DNA from: an uncultured Candidatus Saccharibacteria bacterium
GTDB taxonomy: Bacteria > Patescibacteriota > Minisyncoccia > Minisyncoccales > GWA2-38-27
Assembly: GCA_964493085.1 (NCBI GenBank)
Contig: CAZBLV010000010.1
Span: 39,537-103,536, forward strand
Length of the DNA: 64,000 nucleotides
Direction of reading: 5' to 3'
Of the stretch, positions 57,443 through 64,000 are shown piece by piece. The first letter of the stretch is position 1. Every line of letters starts with the position of its first letter. A program made the position numbers and the translations under genes. Under the pieces are notes generated by a model that was not told the origin of the DNA, did no database searches, and saw nothing but the letters and a program-made list of their open reading frames with translations.

Positions 57443-58423
57443 ATGAGAATTTTAAGCGGTATCCAGCCTACAGGATCGCTTCATATAGGAAATTATCTCG
57501 GCGCGATAAAACAGTGGATCGATCTCCAAAAGAAAAACGAAGCCTTCTTCTTTATAGCCGACCTTCATTCCTTAACCATTCCCTACAACCCTAAAGATCT
57601 GCAGAAAAGAATAGAAGAGACGGCCACAGAATATCTAGCCGCCGGCCTAGTTCCTAAAAAGAGCGTTCTTTTCGTCCAGTCCCATATTCCAGAACACACA
57701 GAATTATGCTGGCTTTTAAATACCGTCTGTCCAGTGGGCGATCTTCAAAGAATGACTCAGTATAAAGAGAAGTCCCAGCAGTTTAAAAAAGACATTAACG
57801 CAGGCCTTTTAAATTATCCTATCTTGCAGGCTGCCGATATTTTAATATACAAAGCAAACCAAGTGCCTGTTGGAAAAGACCAAGTTCAGCACATAGAGCT
57901 GACTAGGACTATAGCCAAAAGATTTAATCAGAAATTTGGCAAGATTTTTGTTCTGCCGGAGCCTTATCTTTCTGAAACTGGAGCTAAAATAATGGCTCTT
58001 AACGATCCTGAAAAGAAAATGTCCAAATCTTTAGGCCCTGCCAGCTATGTTTCCCTGTTTGACAAGCCAGAAATCATTAAAAAGAAAGTTATGTCTGCGG
58101 TGACGGACGCAGGAAGAGAGATAAAATACGATTCTTCTAAGAAACCGGGCGTCTCCAACCTGCTTGTTATTTACGGTTTATTTGCAGGCAAAACCATAAA
58201 ATCCTTAGAAAAAGAATTTAAAAGCAAGGGCTATTCTGATCTCAAAGAAGAGCTTGCCCAATTATTAATAGAAAAATTAAAGCCCTTCCGCAAAGAAAGG
58301 GAAAAACTTCTTTCCAACCCCTCTAAAGTGCAGAAAGTTTTGGCAGAAGGGAAAAAGAAGGCCCAGAAAATAGCTCGATCCACCCTAGAGGAAGCAAAGA
58401 AAGCAATGGGCCTTTTGGCATAG
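57443..58423 (+). CDS. trpS: Tryptophan-tRNA ligase
   Basis: SGIQPTG.LHIGNYLG, YPILQAADIL, VPVGKDQ, KMSKS. Confidence 0.97.
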   Translation: MRILSGIQPTGSLHIGNYLGAIKQWIDLQKKNEAFFFIADLHSLTIPYNPKDLQKRIEETATEYLAAGLVPKKSVLFVQSHIPEHTELCWLLNTVCPVGDLQRMTQYKEKSQQFKKDINAGLLNYPILQAADILIYKANQVPVGKDQVQHIELTRTIAKRFNQKFGKIFVLPEPYLSETGAKIMALNDPEKKMSKSLGPASYVSLFDKPEIIKKKVMSAVTDAGREIKYDSSKKPGVSNLLVIYGLFAGKTIKSLEKEFKSKGYSDLKEELAQLLIEKLKPFRKEREKLLSNPSKVQKVLAEGKKKAQKIARSTLEEAKKAMGLLA

Positions 58424-58474
58424 ACCCTAAAAGCGGCTTTCCGCTGACAAGGGTTCTCGGAGCTGCCTCTTTTT

Positions 58475-59809
58475 TTATTCTAAAATAATCTCTTTAAGTT
58501 CCTTTTGCTTCTCTTCAAGCAGATCTTCTCTTTCTGCTTCGATAGTAAGCCTTAGGACGGGCTCTGTATTAGAAGGCCTTAAATTAAACCACCAATCATT
58601 ATAGCTTACTGTAACGCCATCTAGAAAATCTTGTTCTCCGTCAGAGTATTTTTCTTTAATCTTATCCATTATTTTCTTCTTGTCTTCCACCTCAAAATTA
58701 GTCTCTGATCCTTTAGCATAAGGGGAAAGTTCTGAAGCCAGTTCTGAAACAGCCTTTCCGGACTCAGATACCACTTGAAGCAAGATCAAGAGAGAGATTA
58801 GACCTGAGTCAAGATAGAAGTTGCCTTTAAAACTATAATGCCCGGAGAGCTCTCCTCCTACTACTGCCCCGTTCTCCATCATTTTTTCTCTGACATTAAC
58901 AAATCCAACAGGAGAACGGACGGGCTTTCCTCCCCACTTTTCAATAAACTCCGGAACTGCCTTTGAGCAGACATTATTGTAAACAACGGCAGATCCTGGT
59001 TGCTTTTTAAGAAAATATCTGGCCAAGATTAACAAGGTGACGTCCGCCCTTACTCTTTTTCCTTTCTCGTCAAGAAGGAATATCCTGTCCCCGTCTCCGT
59101 CAAACATACACCCCAGAGCCGCTTTTTCTTCCAAGATTTTCTCTGTTATTTGGGCTTCTGTCCCCTTTTCCAAGGGATTCGGAGACCTATTAGGGAAGCT
59201 TCCATCAAGGTCAAAATTAAGAGGAATAACTTCTACCGGAAGTTTGGAGCTTAGAAAAGAAAGACTTTTGCCTGCCATGCCGTTTCCTGCATCAGCTACA
59301 ACCTTAAAAGGATCTATCTTGCCTAATTCTGCAAAAGACAGGACATGGTTTAAATAATCGTTCCAGGCATTCTGGTTTTTCACTTCCCCTTTTTCCTGAA
59401 CAGAAAACTTTTCCTTGCCGACAGCTCCTACCATGTCTTTCCCCCTGATTACCTCGACTTCCGGCCCTTTTTTATTGAGCATTTTCAAGCCGTTGTATTC
59501 TTTTGGGTTATGGCTGGCTGTGATCATAATGCCGGCATCGTAATTATAAAAAACAGTGGCAAAATAAAGGACCTCTGTAGGCACCTCTCCCAAGCTGTAA
59601 ACATCAGCCCCCGCCTCTATTATTCCTCGAGACAGGGCCTGAAAAAGGGAAGGGGAAGAAATTCTCATATCGCGCCCCACCGCCACTTTTTTAGCTTTAG
59701 TACATTCAACAAAGTAGCGGCCTATCTTATAGGCTGTTTCTTCATCAAAGTCTTCCGGATAAACCCCCCTGATATCATAAGACTTGAATATTTCTCGGTT
59801 GATGTTCAT
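58475..59809 (-). CDS. Phosphomannomutase/phosphoglucomutase
   Basis: FKSYDIRG, TASHNP..YNG, FDGDGDR, GELSGH, RPSNTEP. Confidence 0.95.
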   Translation of the reverse strand: MNINREIFKSYDIRGVYPEDFDEETAYKIGRYFVECTKAKKVAVGRDMRISSPSLFQALSRGIIEAGADVYSLGEVPTEVLYFATVFYNYDAGIMITASHNPKEYNGLKMLNKKGPEVEVIRGKDMVGAVGKEKFSVQEKGEVKNQNAWNDYLNHVLSFAELGKIDPFKVVADAGNGMAGKSLSFLSSKLPVEVIPLNFDLDGSFPNRSPNPLEKGTEAQITEKILEEKAALGCMFDGDGDRIFLLDEKGKRVRADVTLLILARYFLKKQPGSAVVYNNVCSKAVPEFIEKWGGKPVRSPVGFVNVREKMMENGAVVGGELSGHYSFKGNFYLDSGLISLLILLQVVSESGKAVSELASELSPYAKGSETNFEVEDKKKIMDKIKEKYSDGEQDFLDGVTVSYNDWWFNLRPSNTEPVLRLTIEAEREDLLEEKQKELKEIILE

Positions 59810-59861
59810 ATGCTTTTATTATACCATTAGATTATAACAAATTTAATTTTTAAAGTTAAAT

Positions 59862-60872
59862 ATGTCTTTTTCAGTAGGGATAGTGGGGTTGCCGAACGCA
59901 GGGAAATCAACTCTTTTCCATGCTATCACCAAAAATCAAGTGGAAATAGCAGACTACCCCTTTACTACCGTAGACCCAAACGTAGGGACAGTTAATGTGC
60001 CGGATTTCCGATTAAAAAAGATAGCATCTTTTGTAAGCCCGGAAAAGACCACGGAGACCATTATAGAGTTTATAGACATTGCCGGCCTGATAGAAAACGC
60101 CCACAAGGGCGAAGGCCTGGGAAACCAGTTTCTGGCCCAAATAAGAGAGTGCGACGCTGTGATGAAGGTAATAAGGGCCTTCCCTTCTCCGAACGGAGAG
60201 CCGGCTAATCCAGAACAAGATATTAAGATTTTGGAAAAAGAGCTTATAATGAAAGATGTTGAAACTGCAAACAAAGCCATAGAAAAAATAGAAAAAGAGG
60301 CAAAGTCAGATAAGGTTCTGGCAGAAAAGCTTGCCATTCTCCAAAAAATAAAAGAGGGCTTGCAAAGAAAGGGCGGGGCGGAATTGGGAAAAGAAGAAAA
60401 AGAAAAGATAAAAGAATATCAGCTGTTAACCTTAAAGCCGAACCTTTGTCTCTTTAATGCAAAAGAGGAGGGCTTTTCTCCTTTGACAGAAGAATCTTTT
60501 GTCATAGACGCTAAAACCGAAGAAGAACTGGCTGACCTTAGCGAACAGGAAAGGGAAGAATTGGGAGTGGCTTCCCGGCTTGACCAGTTGATATCATTTT
60601 GTTATACTATCCTTGATTTGATAACTTTCTATACAGTAGCCGGCTCCAAAGAAGCAAGAGCCCTGACCCTCAAGAGAGGGGCTTCCGTTTTTGAAGCCGC
60701 GGGCCAGCTTCATTCGGATTTTCAGGAAAATTTTATCAGAGCAGAAATACTAAAATACGAGGATCTGGCGAAGACCGGCTCTTGGCTCAAAGCCAAAGAA
60801 GCCGGACTGATAAAAACAGTCGGCAAAGACCATATAGTAGAAGACGGAAACATAATTGAATTTAAAATATGA
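59862..60872 (+). CDS. ychF: Ribosome-binding ATPase YchF
   Basis: GIVGLPNAGKSTLF, YPFTTVDPN, DIAGL, GEGLGNQFL, HSDF...FIRAE. Confidence 0.95.
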   Translation: MSFSVGIVGLPNAGKSTLFHAITKNQVEIADYPFTTVDPNVGTVNVPDFRLKKIASFVSPEKTTETIIEFIDIAGLIENAHKGEGLGNQFLAQIRECDAVMKVIRAFPSPNGEPANPEQDIKILEKELIMKDVETANKAIEKIEKEAKSDKVLAEKLAILQKIKEGLQRKGGAELGKEEKEKIKEYQLLTLKPNLCLFNAKEEGFSPLTEESFVIDAKTEEELADLSEQEREELGVASRLDQLISFCYTILDLITFYTVAGSKEARALTLKRGASVFEAAGQLHSDFQENFIRAEILKYEDLAKTGSWLKAKEAGLIKTVGKDHIVEDGNIIEFKI

Positions 60873-61270
60873 AAAATTACGAATTAATCTGCCTTTTGCC
60901 TCCTATTCTTTCAGAAAAAGATGTGGCTGAAACGTCAGAACAAATAAAAAAAATGATATCAGAGCAATCCGGCATACTTCAAAAAGAATTGAAACCGGCT
61001 AAAAAAAGATTCGGATACCAAATTAAGCAATATCGAGAGGGATTTTTGCTTAGTTTTCTTTTTTGCTTAAAGCCGGACTCATTGAGTTTATTAGAAAAAG
61101 AACTGAAGGAGCAGAAAAATGTTTTGCGGTTCATGAGCCTAACAAGGAACCCTCTTTTCAAAAAAAAGGAGGAAAAACAGTTTTCATCAGCTCCTGAAAA
61201 AGAAAATCAAAAGAAAAAGGTCGGTTTAAAGGAAATCGACAAAAAAATAAACGAGATTCTTAAAGAATAA
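60869..61270 (+). CDS. rpsF: 30S ribosomal protein S6
   Basis: YEL, KRFGYQIK..EG, VLRF; rpsF-ssb-rpsR synteny. Confidence 0.9.
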   Translation: MKNYELICLLPPILSEKDVAETSEQIKKMISEQSGILQKELKPAKKRFGYQIKQYREGFLLSFLFCLKPDSLSLLEKELKEQKNVLRFMSLTRNPLFKKKEEKQFSSAPEKENQKKKVGLKEIDKKINEILKE

Positions 61271-61276
61271 TTTTTT

Positions 61277-61762
61277 ATGAATTTAAACAAAGCTATTCTT
61301 GTCGGCCGCCTTACTCAAGATCCGGAGAGCAAAAGCACTTCTTCCGGACAAACAGTTTGCAGTTTTGGGCTGGCCACTAACAGAACTTGGACAGACTCCC
61401 AAACAAAAGAAAAAAAAGAAAGCACTGAATTTCACAATATAGTAGCCTGGGGCAGATTGGCTGAGATCATTTCCCAATATCTTAAAAAGGGAAATCTCGC
61501 TTTAATAGAGGGGAGAATCCAAACCCGCAGCTGGGAAGACCAAAGCGGGAACAAGAGGTACAGAACCGAGATCATAGCAGAAAACCTTCAAATGGGGCCC
61601 AAAGGAGATTCCTACCAGCCTTCTTCCCCCCAGCAGCAGCAGCAAAAACAACAAGAAGAAGAAATCCCCGTAATCGAAGAAGACGACTCCAGCGGAGAAA
61701 AAAAACAGGAGAACAAGAACAACAGCCAAAACGATGTTGACGTAAAAGACATTCCTTTTTAA
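61277..61762 (+). CDS. ssb: Single-stranded DNA-binding protein
   Basis: LNK..LVGRLT.DPE, EGRIQTRSW, C-terminal DIPF. Confidence 0.97.
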   Translation: MNLNKAILVGRLTQDPESKSTSSGQTVCSFGLATNRTWTDSQTKEKKESTEFHNIVAWGRLAEIISQYLKKGNLALIEGRIQTRSWEDQSGNKRYRTEIIAENLQMGPKGDSYQPSSPQQQQQKQQEEEIPVIEEDDSSGEKKQENKNNSQNDVDVKDIPF

Positions 61763-61766
61763 AATT

Positions 61767-61964
61767 ATGAACTGCTATTTTTGTCAAAGAAACATCAAAG
61801 AAATCGACTTTAAGGACACCGATAACCTGAAAAATTTTGTTTCCGGTTTAGGAAAAATAAAAGCCAGGAAAAAAACCGGGGTCTGTGCCAAACACCAAAG
61901 ACAATTGGCAAAGGCAATTAAAAGAGCCCGTAATATGGGCTTGATATCGGCAATAGAGAAATAA
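61767..61964 (+). CDS. rpsR: 30S ribosomal protein S18
   Basis: CYFC....IDFKD, GKI.....TG.CAKHQR.LA.AIKRAR. Confidence 0.97.
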   Translation: MNCYFCQRNIKEIDFKDTDNLKNFVSGLGKIKARKKTGVCAKHQRQLAKAIKRARNMGLISAIEK

Positions 61965-61974
61965 AAGATCTTTC

Positions 61975-62976
61975 CTAAAAAGATTCTTTTTCTTTCTCTG
62001 ATTCCATAACAGCTTTTTTTATCTTCTTGGCGACCTCCGGGTTTTCTTTAAGAAATTCCTTGGTAGCATCCATTCCCTGACCTAATTTTTGGTTTTCAAA
62101 CTGGTACCAGCTTCCGGCCTGTTTTACTATGCCGCCCTTCAGCCCTAAATTTACCAAATCAGTAAGGTAAGAAATGCCTTCATTGTAATAAATATCGAAT
62201 TCTGCAATCTTAAAGGGAGGGGCAACCTTATTCTTGTCTATTTTGGCCTTTACTCTGTTTCCTATTATCTGATCTTTTTTCTTAATCTTAGCCGTTCTTC
62301 TCAGGTTTATTCTAACTGAAGAATAAAACTTAAGAGCCAATCCCCCTGAAGTCGTTTCCGGGTTTCCGAAGAAAACCCCTATTTTCATTCTGGTTTGGTT
62401 TAAGAAAACAACTATAGTTTTGGTTTTGGCTACAATTGCAGACAACTTTCTAAGAGCAGAAGACATCAGTCTTGCCTGAAGGCCTATCTGAAACTCTCCC
62501 ATTTCCCCTGTTATTTCAGCTTTCGGAGCCAGAGCTGCTACTGAATCTACAATAACTACATCCACCTCCCCTGATCTAACTAAGCCTTCTACTATTTGAA
62601 GAGCTTCCTCCCCGGAATCAGGCTGAGATATTAAAAGATCGTTAAGGTTAACCCCGATCTTTTTGGCATAACTGGGGTCTAGAGCATGCTCCACATCTAC
62701 AAAAGCCCCCACTCCTTTTCTTTTCTGGGCCTCTTTTAATATATGAAGAGCGAGAGTGCTTTTCCCCGTGGCTTCGGGCCCGAATATCTCAATGATCCGC
62801 CCCCTGGGAATTCCTCCTACTCCGAGAGCAAGGTCTAGAGAGATAGAGCCGGTGGGGATTACTCCTATATCAACTTTCCTCACCTCGCTTAATTTCATAA
62901 TGGCGCCCTCTCCAAATTTCTGCCTTATCTCATTAACTGCTTCCTCTAAATTTTTTCTTTCTTCTTTTTTTGCCAT
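61975..62976 (-). CDS. recA: Recombinase A
   Basis: LD.ALG.GG.PRGRI.EI.GPE..GK, DSVAAL, QARLMS, GG.ALKFY, KNKVAPPF. Confidence 0.97.
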   Translation of the reverse strand: MAKKEERKNLEEAVNEIRQKFGEGAIMKLSEVRKVDIGVIPTGSISLDLALGVGGIPRGRIIEIFGPEATGKSTLALHILKEAQKRKGVGAFVDVEHALDPSYAKKIGVNLNDLLISQPDSGEEALQIVEGLVRSGEVDVVIVDSVAALAPKAEITGEMGEFQIGLQARLMSSALRKLSAIVAKTKTIVVFLNQTRMKIGVFFGNPETTSGGLALKFYSSVRINLRRTAKIKKKDQIIGNRVKAKIDKNKVAPPFKIAEFDIYYNEGISYLTDLVNLGLKGGIVKQAGSWYQFENQKLGQGMDATKEFLKENPEVAKKIKKAVMESEKEKESF

Positions 62977-63014
62977 ATTGTTTTAAATTAAAGGTTTTGA
63001 TAGCTAGTGTCAAA

Positions 63015-64000
63015 TCAAACCTTCTCCCATCCGTCATCGGGTTCCGCCTTTTCCTGAGGCTCTCCGTAGACCTCCCTGGGTTTGGCTCCTTGAGCAGGCC
63101 CTATAACTCCTTTCTCTTCCATAATATCGATCAAGCGGGCAGCCCTTGCATACCCCACCCTCAAGCGTCTCTGAAGAAAAGAGGCTGAGGCTTTACGAGT
63201 CTCTAAGACCAAATCTTTTGCCTGCTCATAAAGAGCATCGTCTTCCGGAGAAGCGACTCCTCCATAGCCTTCTGTGATTCCTTCTTCCTGTTCTATTTTA
63301 TGGATTAGATCCGGATTCATTTCAGCATCCTCTTTGGCCTCTTTTTCAATGTAGTCTATCGCTTTTTTAACTTCTTTTTCTGAAACAAAAGGAGCTTGTA
63401 TTCTCTTGGGTTTTGGATTGCGGGAGGAAACATAAAGCATATCACCTGCTCCCAAAAGCTTTTCTGCGCCCGAACTGTCAATTATGGTTCTAGAATCTAC
63501 TTGGGAGGCAACTTGAAAAGTAACTCTAGAGGTAATGTTCGCCTTAATCAAGCCGGTAATTACTTCTACTGACGGCCTTTGGGTAGCCAAGACAAGGTGA
63601 ATCCCCACTGCTCTTGACATCTGGGCCAATCTGACAACTTCTGCTTCAATTTCTCGCCCCTTAGCTGCCATCAAGTCAGCCAGCTCGTCTATAACAAGAA
63701 CAATAAAAGGAAGGTGGCTCTCTCCTTTTTTCAGCATCTTTTCATTGTAACCGTTGATGTCTCTCGCCCCTTCGCCCGCTAACACATCAAACCTTCTTTC
63801 CATTTCAGAAATCAACCACTTTAGGGCATTAACTGTTTGAGTGGCGTTGTAGATTACAGGACACAATAAATGGGGAAGTTCAGAGTACACGGGAAACTCC
63901 ACTCTTTTTGGATCTACTAAAATAAATCTTAAATGCTCGGCTCCTCCGCTTTTAATAGAATTGTTGGGCTGGTAAAGCAAACTCAAAATCAAGGTATTCA
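63015..64000 (-). CDS. ftsK: DNA translocase FtsK/SpoIIIE (partial, 5' end outside the window)
   Basis: VDPKRVE, IDELADLM, LATQRPSV, GAEKLLG.GDML, gamma domain LQRRLRVGYARAARLID. Confidence 0.95.
   Translation of the reverse strand, partial: NTLILSLLYQPNNSIKSGGAEHLRFILVDPKRVEFPVYSELPHLLCPVIYNATQTVNALKWLISEMERRFDVLAGEGARDINGYNEKMLKKGESHLPFIVLVIDELADLMAAKGREIEAEVVRLAQMSRAVGIHLVLATQRPSVEVITGLIKANITSRVTFQVASQVDSRTIIDSSGAEKLLGAGDMLYVSSRNPKPKRIQAPFVSEKEVKKAIDYIEKEAKEDAEMNPDLIHKIEQEEGITEGYGGVASPEDDALYEQAKDLVLETRKASASFLQRRLRVGYARAARLIDIMEEKGVIGPAQGAKPREVYGEPQEKAEPDDGWEKV

Noticed and set aside
61631-61665. CAG microsatellite in ssb
   Set aside because: It is a short poly-Gln in the normal low-complexity SSB linker.

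Overview
This is a gene-dense, A-rich chromosomal segment in genetic code 11; TGA ends core genes such as pth, greA, ychF and ftsK. The gene content (short Mfd and UvrC, alpha2 GlyRS, cupin GPI, PolX, few biosynthetic genes) points to a Patescibacteria/CPR Parcubacteria genome, but that placement is inferred. Most of the window is housekeeping: six aminoacyl-tRNA synthetases, topA, uvrA/C, recA/O, groES-EL with a CIRCE operator, smpB-tmRNA-infC-rpmI-rplT, rpsF-ssb-rpsR and two tRNA-Leu genes. The main unexplained signal is a two-tier expression architecture. Operon-leading core genes are leaderless or have short AU-rich leaders with no Shine-Dalgarno. About ten scattered accessory units instead share a boxA-like 12-mer (roughly GYWCHTTBAMAA) and a purine-rich SD, usually with their own -35/-10 promoter and terminator. 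These units are an orphan FabZ, a Cys1-less PurF, an HD protein with an in-frame TGA, two paralogous glycine-zipper membrane proteins, a thioredoxin-like gene plus csrA (missed by the ORF track), a GGA-rich transcript beside csrA, a lectin-like hypothetical protein, and a candidate small RNA with anti-SD-like loops. No CRISPR array, intact transposase, integrase or prophage was seen. All calls come from reading the sequence by eye; no searches were run.
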